Assembly (NCBI GenBank): GCA_034142505.1
Contig: JAWZDV010000062.1
Span: forward strand, 119,112-143,111
From: Bacteroides thetaiotaomicron
GTDB lineage: Bacteria; Bacillota; Clostridia; Lachnospirales; Lachnospiraceae
Direction of reading: 5' to 3'
Length of the DNA stretch: 24,000 bases
Position 1 is the first letter of the stretch. Each line of letters opens with the position of its first letter. Of the stretch, positions 7,812-16,005 are shown in pieces. Both the position numbers and the translations under genes were made by a program. Below the pieces are notes generated by a model. It was not told the origin of the DNA. It did not search any database and saw only the letters and a program-made list of their open reading frames with translations.

Positions 7812-8396
7812 TTATGTTTGAAACACTGCCCGCCCCAATACCACCGCAAAAACACCCTTCTCTCCAAATTCCTCCGCCTGCATCATGCTCATGGCGCCGT
7901 CCAGCCAGACCCTCCATCCTTCTTCCAGGACCTTGGAAACCTTTTGTTCCATCCCTTTTTGATAACGCTGGCCATAGCCATCCGGCTCGCACATCATGAG
8001 CAGTACATCCGAAACCCGGTCCCGCAGATACTCATACCGCTCCGGGGCCTCCGCCGGATTCAGGGCAATTCCCATCCGGATGCCGGCCTGCAAAAAAGCA
8101 TCGGCCACCTTGGACGGGTACCTGCTGGTATCCAGGTGCACAAATACAATCTCCGGCTTTAACGCTTGAAGCTGTTCTACATAATCAAGCGGATTCATCA
8201 CCATCAAATGGACCGACTTCTCACAGGAGGTGGCGGCAAAGATTCCCCTCACCGCCTTCATCCCGAAAGTAATGTTGTCGATATAATTTCCATCCTCAAT
8301 ATCAATGTGAATATGCCGGTACTTTTCTTCCAGCCACAGACACTGGGCCTGGAGATTCATCACATCTCCGCTGGCAATTGACGGACATATCTTCAT
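7812..8396 (-). CDS. sgcE: Ribulose-phosphate 3-epimerase family protein, SgcE-like (sugar-phosphate 3-epimerase)
   Basis: 194 aa. ICPSIASGD..., HIHIDIEDGNYIDNITFG and MMCEPDGYGQRY match the RPE TIM-barrel motifs (PS.L..D, H.D..DG.F..N.T.G, V.PGF.GQ.F). The D-I-E-D variant and GRAVF ending are what I recall for the SgcE branch rather than housekeeping Rpe. It is the last gene of the sgc-type cluster. Confidence 0.85.
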   Translation of the reverse strand: MKICPSIASGDVMNLQAQCLWLEEKYRHIHIDIEDGNYIDNITFGMKAVRGIFAATSCEKSVHLMVMNPLDYVEQLQALKPEIVFVHLDTSRYPSKVADAFLQAGIRMGIALNPAEAPERYEYLRDRVSDVLLMMCEPDGYGQRYQKGMEQKVSKVLEEGWRVWLDGAMSMMQAEEFGEKGVFAVVLGRAVFQT

Positions 8397-8484
8397 ATCA
8401 TCAACCTCTCACTACACACATATCCCACTCTGCAGCAGTTTCTTACCAGACGCTGTCTCATTTTACAGTCTCCTGCCTCATCCA

Positions 8485-9285
8485 CTATCTCAGCGCTCTG
8501 ACTTTCGCCATAAACTCTTCCACTCTGGCCTGGTCCACCTCATTGAAAAACTCACCGTCTCTCTTAAACGTCGTGCCAACCACGGCGCCATCCGCAATCC
8601 TTAACTGTTCGCCCACATTTTCCAGGCGGACGCCCGTATTCACAAAGACAACGGTGTCGGGAACCGCCTTTTTCACCCGGTCAAGCACCTGAGTGTCCGC
8701 CGGTGAGCCGGCTGTCAGACCCGACACGCACAGCGCCTCCGGCTGGCAGTTGAACACCGTGGACTTGGCGATGGCCACAATATCACGGTCTCCTACATAT
8801 TTGGCCGCCTCGGGAACGATGTTGAATAAAGCCTTCACCCCCATTCCGCCGATTCTGTCCCTGTGGCGCACCACTTCCCCGTAGTTGGTATTCCAGAGAC
8901 CGAAATCACTGGAGTACACGCCTGTAAAAATCTCCCGGACAAATTTGGCATCCACTGCCACCGCCAGGTCAAACACCTTATAGGGGTCCCACAGCACGTC
9001 CACCCCGTAAGGCACCCGGATCTCCGGCATCAGTTCTCCGATGATTCTGGCCATGGAAGCCACGGTCTCCGTCTTCACATCCGTCAGATAGGGAAGACTG
9101 AATTCATTGGAGATCAGAATTCCATCCACGCCCCCATCCTGCAGCGCATGCAGATCCCTCCTGGCCCTGTCAAGAATCTTCTTAAAACCGCCCTCTCTGT
9201 CATACCCCGGGTCTCCCGGCAGCGCCAGCAGGTGAAGCATGGCAATCACCGGTTTTTCTACTTGAAATATCTCCTTTGTCCACAT
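8485..9285 (-). CDS. sgcQ: BtpA/SgcQ-family TIM-barrel protein (function unknown)
   Basis: 266 aa. KPVIAMLHLLALPGDPGYD...GGVDGILISNEFSLPY...YGVDVLWDP...VFVNTGV follows the BtpA family (PF03437-type) pattern. It occupies the same PTS context as E. coli sgcQ. Confidence 0.85.
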   Translation of the reverse strand: MWTKEIFQVEKPVIAMLHLLALPGDPGYDREGGFKKILDRARRDLHALQDGGVDGILISNEFSLPYLTDVKTETVASMARIIGELMPEIRVPYGVDVLWDPYKVFDLAVAVDAKFVREIFTGVYSSDFGLWNTNYGEVVRHRDRIGGMGVKALFNIVPEAAKYVGDRDIVAIAKSTVFNCQPEALCVSGLTAGSPADTQVLDRVKKAVPDTVVFVNTGVRLENVGEQLRIADGAVVGTTFKRDGEFFNEVDQARVEEFMAKVRALR

Positions 9286-9289
9286 AACA

Positions 9290-10636
9290 TTAAGACTCCT
9301 TTTTAACTATTTTTTTGAAAAAATAAACAATTCCTCCTGTCAGCACGATGATGATGGCGGAACCCAGCAGCTTGAACTTGGAAAGCTGATATAAGATAAA
9401 GCCGATCATATTGCCTGCCGACAGCGCTGTAACCTGAACCGCTCCCTCCGGAATAGCCAGCGCGCCCGTAGCCGCGAACTGGGTGATCATCGGTGCAAAG
9501 AACGACGCCACGCATAACACGATGCCCATCATGATCGTACCGCTGATCAGAGTCCGCCCAAAGCTGTTTTTGTGGATCGGCGTCGCCATGGAGATAAAGT
9601 AGGCTGTGGAAGCCAGATCTCCCAGCGGCAGCGTGGTGTTGATCGGCAGGATCATCGCCAGCACCAGTGTAATCGGGATCAACAGCAATGCAACGGACAT
9701 GGTGGTCGGAAGTCCAAGCAGAATAGCAGAATCCATACCTATGTAAAATTCCTCGCCCTGGAATCTGCTCTGCATAAATGTTCTCGTCTGCTCACTGATC
9801 GGATACAGACCTTCCATAATCACCTTAATCATTCTCGGAAGCAGGTGCATCAGAGCCGCCATCGCCATACCGACGGTCAGACAGTTTTTTAAATCATAAC
9901 CAGCTAATACTCCCAACAGAATACCGATAATCAATCCCAGAAACAGAGGCTCCGCCAACGTTTTCAGGAACCCGAATTTGTTCATCAATCCACTGTTATT
10001 CGCTTCCTTGTCCGCTTTCTTTGGCAGAATAAGGTCATAGACCTTGTCAAGAGCTTTGTAAACCGGAACCGTGGTCACCGCGTACCCCTGTGGAATGGAA
10101 ATTCCAGGTACTCCCAGCGCCTCCTGCACCGTCTTAGCCGTGTAATCCGCGATCATCAAAGCGATGGTACAATGGGCTGCCGAGGCCACAAACGCGCAGA
10201 TCAGGTTGCCGGTCAGCAGGTACACAACCGCCCCTGAAAATGCATAATGCCAATAGTTCCAGATATCAATATTGATGGTTCTGGTCAATTTGAGCATCAG
10301 TAAAATCACATTGACCAAAATAATAAACGGGATAATAAAGGACCCCACCGTCGTGGAAAACGCCAGCCCCGCAGCGGCAGACCAGCCGATATCCACGGTA
10401 TTTAAATTCAAGTTAAATTTCTCTACGAAAATGTTGGCCACCGGACTCACATAAGTCCATAGCAGGTTTAAAATCATATCCAGACCGATCAAACCAATTC
10501 CAACCGTAACGCCTGCCTTCAAAGCCTTTGGAAATTTCAGACGTACAATCAACCCCACGATGGTAATCATAATCGGTATTACAACATAGTTCCCCAAACC
10601 ACTGATATAATCAAATATGCTTTTTATAAACTCCAT
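9290..10636 (-). CDS. sgcC: PTS EIIC component, galactitol (GatC/SgcC) family
   Basis: 448-aa polytopic membrane protein. Conserved blocks include KAGVTVGIGLIGL, NIDIWNYWHYAF, GISIPQGY, LLPRMIKVIMEGLYPISE and EFYIGMDSAILLGLPTT, characteristic of the EIIC-GAT family. Confidence 0.9.
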   Translation of the reverse strand: MEFIKSIFDYISGLGNYVVIPIMITIVGLIVRLKFPKALKAGVTVGIGLIGLDMILNLLWTYVSPVANIFVEKFNLNLNTVDIGWSAAAGLAFSTTVGSFIIPFIILVNVILLMLKLTRTINIDIWNYWHYAFSGAVVYLLTGNLICAFVASAAHCTIALMIADYTAKTVQEALGVPGISIPQGYAVTTVPVYKALDKVYDLILPKKADKEANNSGLMNKFGFLKTLAEPLFLGLIIGILLGVLAGYDLKNCLTVGMAMAALMHLLPRMIKVIMEGLYPISEQTRTFMQSRFQGEEFYIGMDSAILLGLPTTMSVALLLIPITLVLAMILPINTTLPLGDLASTAYFISMATPIHKNSFGRTLISGTIMMGIVLCVASFFAPMITQFAATGALAIPEGAVQVTALSAGNMIGFILYQLSKFKLLGSAIIIVLTGGIVYFFKKIVKKES

Positions 10637-10654
10637 AGAAACCCTCCTGCTTCC

Positions 10655-10930
10655 CTAAGCTAGTGCATTTAAAATATCTTCCTTTACCTTCTCCATCCCA
10701 ATACCGGTTAAAAATGCCATTCCCACAACCTTCGGAATCCCAAAATCCTGGCCGATGGGCATGGAACTGACAATCAAATCGGCGTTTCCCGTCTGCGAAG
10801 CAACTTCGCTTAAACTACACTGGACAATCTGGTGCGCAATCCCATGTTCCTCCAGCAGTTTCTCCACTCCATTACAGATAATCGTGGATGTTGCAATTCC
10901 TGAACCACAAGCGATGATGATTCTCTTCAT
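10655..10930 (-). CDS. sgcB: PTS EIIB component (galactitol/lactose-type, Cys phosphorylation site)
   Basis: 91 aa. The N-terminal MKRIIIACGSGIATST carries the active-site Cys in the P-loop-like context of GatB/SgcB-type EIIB proteins. Confidence 0.88.
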   Translation of the reverse strand: MKRIIIACGSGIATSTIICNGVEKLLEEHGIAHQIVQCSLSEVASQTGNADLIVSSMPIGQDFGIPKVVGMAFLTGIGMEKVKEDILNALA

Positions 10931-10936
10931 ACCTTT

Positions 10937-12028
10937 TTACCTCCTTTCCTTTCCATAAATATCCTCTTTTCTGCTCTCCAGGACAAAATGCTTCAGCAGC
11001 GCTGCAATCTGCTCCACATCCCGCTTGTGAATACATTCAAAAGGTGTATGCGTATACCTGGTTGGTATGGATACGTTGGCTACGGCAACTCCCTCATTTT
11101 CAAACAGGATAAACCCATTCTCCGTGATCACCCCTGGAGCCACCTCTCTCTGATAAGGGATCTGGTTCGTCTCGCAGATCTCCACCAGCTTCATAAGCAG
11201 TTTCTCATCCGGCAGCACCCCGGCCAGGGTCCCCCTTCCGTGGAAATTCATCTCGGTAAGCGCGGGCCCCTTCCCCAGCGCGATGTCATTGTAATTCATG
11301 TCAGGAGTATCGCAGGACGGTGTGATGTCAATGCCGATGGACACCTCCGGCTGAATCTTTCTCACCGCCGGCATAATGCCGCGGATATTATACTCCTCCA
11401 TCACCGCAGCAACCAGGTAGACATCCCACTCCGGCTGCCGGTCCGCCAGCTCCTTTGCCAGCTCTAAAAGCACCGCGCAGCCCGCCCGGTCATCCAGCGC
11501 TTTCCCGCAAAGCAGATCCTCCGACAGATTCATAAAGTGGTTGTCAAACACCACCATATTGCCAACCCGGATTCCCCTCTCCTCCACTTCCCTGGCGCTG
11601 GCAGCTCCTATATCGATGTACAGTTCTCCCACCGCAGGAACAGAGAATTTGCTTTCCGCCCTGATAAAATGATGGGATGGGGTTCCGATCACCCCCACGG
11701 CCGGCTGCTCTCCTAAAATTTTCACGCGGGTTCCCGGCAGAATCTGGGTGCTGACTCCCCCGATCCGCTCAATCCTGATAAATCCATCCGCCTCAATCTT
11801 TCTGATGATAAACCCAATCTCATCCATATGGGCAAACAGCATCATCCTTCGCGCAGGCTCCGCTTTTCCCGGAACATGACAGATCACATTGCCAATCCGG
11901 TCCACCTCCACCTGATCTGAAAAGGCCCGAAAGGCATCGTACATGTAATCGATCACCCCATCCTCCCTGGAACTTACCCCATCTAAGGAAGCCAGCTGTC
12001 TGATTCGTTCTTCCAGTCCCATCCTCAT
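10937..12028 (-). CDS. sgcX: M42-family metallo-aminopeptidase / 'endoglucanase' homologue (FrvX/SgcX/YpdE type)
   Basis: 363 aa. The M42 pattern includes MMLFAHMDEIGFIIRKIEADGFIRIERIGG, KALDDRAGCAVLLE, VMEEYNIRG and IPTRYTHTP (metal ligands H, D, E, D, H). A 4-nt overlap with the EIIA gene lies at 12025..12028. Confidence 0.9.
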   Translation of the reverse strand: MRMGLEERIRQLASLDGVSSREDGVIDYMYDAFRAFSDQVEVDRIGNVICHVPGKAEPARRMMLFAHMDEIGFIIRKIEADGFIRIERIGGVSTQILPGTRVKILGEQPAVGVIGTPSHHFIRAESKFSVPAVGELYIDIGAASAREVEERGIRVGNMVVFDNHFMNLSEDLLCGKALDDRAGCAVLLELAKELADRQPEWDVYLVAAVMEEYNIRGIMPAVRKIQPEVSIGIDITPSCDTPDMNYNDIALGKGPALTEMNFHGRGTLAGVLPDEKLLMKLVEICETNQIPYQREVAPGVITENGFILFENEGVAVANVSIPTRYTHTPFECIHKRDVEQIAALLKHFVLESRKEDIYGKERR

Positions 12029-12480
12029 CCCTCCTGTAATATCTTTGCCAGTGTCTCAACAGAATCAGCTTTTTTGATCTGCTCCAGCCGGTCTGACTGC
12101 AGAAGTCCTGACAGCTGCTGAAGCACCGTTAAATGACTGTGCGCATCCCTGAGAAGCAGCATAAACGAAACCTCCGCTTCCACCTCCTCATCCGGCGCGT
12201 CCATCCTCCGAAATGCCACCGGCTTTTCAAACACCGTTACCACGATGGATTCCCGGTTTACATATGAAAACTCCGCATGGGGAATACTGACCGGCAGCGT
12301 CAGCGTCTTAATCCCAGTGGGATACTGTTCCTCACGGTCCATAAGCACCTTTTTGAACCCCGCCTTCACCAGCCCCTCCCGCTCCAGCATACCGGCTGTG
12401 TCGGATAAATACTCCTCCCGGCTGTCATACGTCTTCTTCCGTAAATATCCTTTCTTTACCAGTTCCAAAAATTCTTCCAT
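12025..12480 (-). CDS. sgcA: PTS EIIA component (mannitol/fructose/Ntr type, PTS_EIIA_2)
   Basis: 151 aa. The core ...YPTGIKTLTLPVSIPHAEF... carries the phosphorylatable His in the G-[IV]-A-[IL]-P-H context of the EIIA-2 fold. Confidence 0.85.
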   Translation of the reverse strand: MEEFLELVKKGYLRKKTYDSREEYLSDTAGMLEREGLVKAGFKKVLMDREEQYPTGIKTLTLPVSIPHAEFSYVNRESIVVTVFEKPVAFRRMDAPDEEVEAEVSFMLLLRDAHSHLTVLQQLSGLLQSDRLEQIKKADSVETLAKILQEG

Positions 12481-12495
12481 CCAATACCCTCTCCT

Positions 12496-13269
12496 TTATC
12501 TGGCTACGATTACCGTATCCACAACTTTTCTGATTTCCTCCAGTTCCTGCTGGGGAATCCGGCTGTCCGTGATCAGCACATCCACCTGGCTGAGCTGGCA
12601 GACTCTGGCTACCCGGTACTCATTAAACTTGGTATAATCCGCCAGCAGAACCACCTTTCTGGCCGACTGGATCATCTTCTGCTTGACGCCGACCTCGTCA
12701 AAATTGACATTGGAAACCCCCAGTTCCAAGTCAATGGCGTCGGTCCCCATAAAAAAGACATCGGCATTGATGCCATCCAGCATCCGTTCCGTCATCCCTC
12801 CGCCTAAGCTGTACAGTCCGTTTCTCTTTCTTCCACCCAGCATAATCAGGTCGATGTCCGGCTTCTCCGCCAGAATCATCCCCGTTTTCATATCATTGGT
12901 GACAGCGATTCTGGCGCCCAGTTTTGTATCCTTCACGATCTCTTTGGCCAGTGCCAGGATGGTCGTTCCGGCATCCATAAAAAAACTGGCGCTTTGGTAC
13001 ACATACTTCATGGCTGCCTTGGCAATCAATGTCTTGTACTCCTGCTCCAGATTCTCCTTCTCATGCTGAATCGGCTCATATGTAAAGATTGCCCTTTGGC
13101 TGGCGGCCCCGCCGTGAATCTTGTGAATCTTTTTCTCCTCCTCCAGCGCGGTCAAATCCCGGTTCAGGGTGGCCTTGGATATTGGGAAATGCTCCATCAG
13201 CTCCGCCACGGTCACAACCTCGTGTTCATCGATATATTCCAACAACTGATTCTGCCTCTGCTGCTTCAT
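12496..13269 (-). CDS. sgcR: DeoR-family transcriptional regulator (HTH + sugar-phosphate-binding DeoR-C domain)
   Basis: 257 aa. The N-terminal RQNQLLEYIDEHEVVTVAELMEHFPISKATLNRDLTALEEEKKIHKIHGGA is a classic DeoR HTH. The C-terminal FMDAGTT...VFFMGTDAID...VVLLADYTKF is the DeoR-C fold. It is the first gene of the cluster, has an AAGGGGGA RBS, and is separated from the EIIA gene by a 15-nt gap. Confidence 0.92.
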   Translation of the reverse strand: MKQQRQNQLLEYIDEHEVVTVAELMEHFPISKATLNRDLTALEEEKKIHKIHGGAASQRAIFTYEPIQHEKENLEQEYKTLIAKAAMKYVYQSASFFMDAGTTILALAKEIVKDTKLGARIAVTNDMKTGMILAEKPDIDLIMLGGRKRNGLYSLGGGMTERMLDGINADVFFMGTDAIDLELGVSNVNFDEVGVKQKMIQSARKVVLLADYTKFNEYRVARVCQLSQVDVLITDSRIPQQELEEIRKVVDTVIVAR

Positions 13270-13293
13270 CCAAAATCCCCCTTTTCTTCTTAA

Positions 13294-13355
13294 ATATGAG
13301 ATAATATGAAACCTTTTCTTTTTTTATGACAAAATAATATCATATTATCTCATAT
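13294..13355. repeat. 16-bp perfect inverted repeat (ATATGAGATAATATGA / TCATATTATCTCATAT): candidate DeoR operator pair
   Basis: The arms at 13294..13309 and 13340..13355 are exact reverse complements separated by 30 bp. Each arm contains two ATATGA hexamers spaced 10 bp start to start. A partial third copy (TATCTCAT) lies at 13450..13457. Confidence 0.55.
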
Positions 13356-13362
13356 ATGTCAA
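13334..13362 (-). promoter_or_regulatory. Near-consensus sigma-A promoter of the sgc-type operon
   Basis: On the minus strand: TTGACA (13362..13357), a 17-nt spacer, then TATTAT (13339..13334), about 65 nt upstream of the DeoR start. 16 of the 17 spacer nucleotides are the distal arm of the inverted repeat. Confidence 0.6.
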
Positions 13363-13501
13363 TTTATTTTCTTTTTAATCTACAAAAAATATCATTTCGC
13401 TTTCCATAATCATAGATTTTTGTTGAATAATCTAATTATAGATCATAACTATCTCATTTATCTTTCACTATTGTCGAAAATCAACGAATATAGTGTAAAT
13501 A

Positions 13502-13540
13502 GAACAAAAAAGAAACCGCAGCGCAACTTCATGCTCTGCG
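13502..13540 (-). terminator. Rho-independent terminator of the signalling operon
   Basis: The minus-strand RNA reads CGCAGAGC-AUGAAGUU-GCGCUGCG (8-bp stem with one mismatch, 13517..13540) followed by GUUUCUUUUUUGUUCU. It lies 33 nt after the kinase stop codon. Confidence 0.65.
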
Positions 13541-13572
13541 ATTTCCCCAGTTTCTGAACCCAGAATTTCATT

Positions 13573-16005
13573 TTACTTCATACACGCACACAATTTCCCA
13601 TACAGTTCTTCAATCTCAATCGGCTTCGCCACATGGGCGTTCATCCCTGCCTCCAGCGCTGCCGCCACATCCTCCCGGAAGGCGTTGGCCGTCATGGCGA
13701 TGATGGGGATGGAAGCCGCGTTGGGGCAATCTGAACTGCGGATGGCTCTTGCCGCCTGGTACCCATCCATCACGGTCATCTGAATGTCCATCAGGACCGC
13801 GTCACAGGTTCTTCCCTCCGGTCCGGTAAACCAGTTGACTGCCTCCTCGCCATTGCAGGCGCTGCTCACCTTAGCTCCGGCCATCTTTAAGATCTCCACG
13901 GCAATCTCCATATTCAGCTCATTGTCCTCCACCACCAGTATCTTCCTGCCGGCCAGAACATCCGACTGCTGCAGCTTCCCGGCTTTGGGAAGCGCGCCGC
14001 CCAGCTTTGTGGCCGCCAGCAGGGTATTGTAGAGGGAGGACGCAAACAGCGGTTTTGTCAGGAATAAATTGACTCCCGCCGCTCTGGCAGCCGCCTCGAT
14101 CTCACTGTAATCATAAGCCGTGATTATGATGATCAGCGTGTCCGGCCCCACGATACTCCGGATCAGGCGGGTGGTCTCGACGCCATCCATCTCCGGCATT
14201 TTCCAGTCGATGAGACAGATATCATAACCATCCCCCTCCTGGCTGGCCCGGCGGATCTCCTCCACCGCCTCCCGGCCGCTCAACACCCAGCCGGCCTGTA
14301 TCCCGAATTTCTCCAGCAGCAGGGAGGCGTAAGCGCAGTCATCCGGGTCGTCGTCGCTGACCAGAACCTTAAGCATTCCCATCGCCGGATATCTCACCGC
14401 CATCTGACGGCCTGAGAGTGCAAAAGGCAGTTCCACCGTAAATACCGTCCCCCCGCCAATCCGGCTCTTCACCGTGATGGTTCCGTCCAGCAGCCCCACC
14501 AGATTCTTGGTGATGGACATGCCAAGTCCCGTGCCGCCGCTGCCATTTTCCTGCTCAAAGGATTGGAACAGCCGGTTCTTTACAAAGTCCTCGCTCATGC
14601 CACGGCCGGTATCGCTGACGACGAACCGCAGCCGCATCCCGTCCGCCTGAACCAGACGCCTGACCTCCAGCTGCACTTTCCCATGCTCCGGCGTAAATTT
14701 TACCGCGTTGGACAGCAGATTGATCAGAATCTGGTTGACCCGCATGGAGTCCCCCAGCAATTCCTCCTCCGCCATATCCTGCACCGTGGCCCTGAAATCC
14801 AGTCCGCGGGCCGCCGCCTGGGGATAGATCATCGTCGTGACGGAATCCAGCACCTGTTTTAAATAAAATGGCTCTCGGTTCACCGACAATTTCCCATCCT
14901 CAATTTTCGACATATCCAGAATATCATTGATGAGGGAGAGCAGATGTCTCGATGAAAATGCAATCTTCCCCAGGCAGTCCTCCATCCGCGCCCCATCCTC
15001 CAGATGGGCCATGGCGATTGTAGTCATACCGATGATGGCATTCATGGGCGTACGGATCTCATGGGACATCCGGGACAAGAACTCCCGTTTGGCAGCGTTG
15101 GCTTTCTGGGAACCGGCCAGGGCGTCCTGCAGCTGCTGCTTCTGTTCCTGAAGCTTTTCCTGCATTTCCTGAAGCTCCGTCAAATCCGTGATGTCGATAT
15201 AGGTCAGCAGATAGACCGGCGAGCCGTCAATCCAGTCCACGCAGTCTCCGTTAGCCTGCATAAAGACAGTCCTTCCCTCCCGGTTGCGGAGGGTGGCCAG
15301 AAAACGGACATGCTCCCCCCGCATGACCTGTTTCATCAAAGGAATGATAGATTCTTTGTTGTCCTCCACATTCATCCGAAACAGCGGGTCATCTGCGGGC
15401 CGGTCCCGGTCCGTATCAAAAAACTCCTTAAACTGCCTGTTCGATTCCAGCAGTTCGATGTGGAGGTAGTCTTTGATTAAGTATTTTGCCACAAAACCCG
15501 GGATGTTGTTGTAGGTGATGGACTGGGCCTGCTGCATTTTCACAAAGTCGTCCACATCTGTCATCACCGTATAGGCAATGGGATAACCGTCATAGGTATT
15601 CTCCGTAAATACACCATGCATCTTTACCCAGACATGGCCGCCGCCCTTGACCGGCATCCGGGTCACAATGCTGTACTGCGATTTTCCTGCCTGAAGAGCT
15701 TCTGTCACGGTCCGGCTGATCTTCTCAAGCTCCTCCCCATAATGGTGATAGGGATAATAGAGGTCCGGCCGGTTATGAAACAGCGGCTCGTACTCCTCTC
15801 TCGGGTACCGGATCAGCTGATAATAGAAATCATTGCTCCAGACCACCGTAAAATGCTCATCCAGAATATGCTTGCTGACGCTGACCTGCATGGAGTTCAT
15901 CAAAAGCTCATAATCCCCCGCCGCGTCCCCCTCCATCAGCCCTGTTATATCATTTGGTTCCACCGTTTCCTTCATATCGCTCCCATCTTCGATTACTTCC
16001 TTCAT
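13573..16005 (-). CDS. Cytoplasmic hybrid sensor histidine kinase: PAS-like x2, coiled coil, HisKA, HATPase_c, REC, REC
   Basis: H-box FLSRMSHEIRTPMN (His codon 15061..15063), N-box NLLSNAVKFT, G-boxes DTGRGM and GTGLGMSI. Two receivers follow (KVLVSDDDPDD...LIDWKMPEMDG...LTKP and KILVVEDNELN...LMDIQMTVMDG...AKP). No hydrophobic TM segment is present. I prefer the ATG at 16005 (MKEVIEDG..., GGGGGA RBS, ATGA overlap with the upstream stop) over the ORF-track alternative at 16035. Confidence 0.9.
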   Translation of the reverse strand: MKEVIEDGSDMKETVEPNDITGLMEGDAAGDYELLMNSMQVSVSKHILDEHFTVVWSNDFYYQLIRYPREEYEPLFHNRPDLYYPYHHYGEELEKISRTVTEALQAGKSQYSIVTRMPVKGGGHVWVKMHGVFTENTYDGYPIAYTVMTDVDDFVKMQQAQSITYNNIPGFVAKYLIKDYLHIELLESNRQFKEFFDTDRDRPADDPLFRMNVEDNKESIIPLMKQVMRGEHVRFLATLRNREGRTVFMQANGDCVDWIDGSPVYLLTYIDITDLTELQEMQEKLQEQKQQLQDALAGSQKANAAKREFLSRMSHEIRTPMNAIIGMTTIAMAHLEDGARMEDCLGKIAFSSRHLLSLINDILDMSKIEDGKLSVNREPFYLKQVLDSVTTMIYPQAAARGLDFRATVQDMAEEELLGDSMRVNQILINLLSNAVKFTPEHGKVQLEVRRLVQADGMRLRFVVSDTGRGMSEDFVKNRLFQSFEQENGSGGTGLGMSITKNLVGLLDGTITVKSRIGGGTVFTVELPFALSGRQMAVRYPAMGMLKVLVSDDDPDDCAYASLLLEKFGIQAGWVLSGREAVEEIRRASQEGDGYDICLIDWKMPEMDGVETTRLIRSIVGPDTLIIIITAYDYSEIEAAARAAGVNLFLTKPLFASSLYNTLLAATKLGGALPKAGKLQQSDVLAGRKILVVEDNELNMEIAVEILKMAGAKVSSACNGEEAVNWFTGPEGRTCDAVLMDIQMTVMDGYQAARAIRSSDCPNAASIPIIAMTANAFREDVAAALEAGMNAHVAKPIEIEELYGKLCACMK

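Noticed and set aside
9290-10930. Lower GC (roughly 45% by hand counts of a few lines, versus 53-67% in two lines sampled from the ABC permease genes) in the PTS EIIC/EIIB genes, as a sign of horizontal transfer of the sgc-type cluster
   Set aside because: The flanking cluster genes (BtpA-like, M42) look as GC-rich as the rest of the window, and I see no tRNA, integrase or direct repeats at the borders. My counts are spot samples only. A sliding-window GC and codon-adaptation calculation would be needed.
13294-13355. The 16-bp inverted repeat read as an RNA hairpin, riboswitch or terminator in the sgc leader
   Set aside because: The distal arm lies in the spacer of the predicted promoter and would not be transcribed from it. 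The arms are AT-rich with a 30-nt loop and no trailing U-tract. A DNA operator is the more economical reading.
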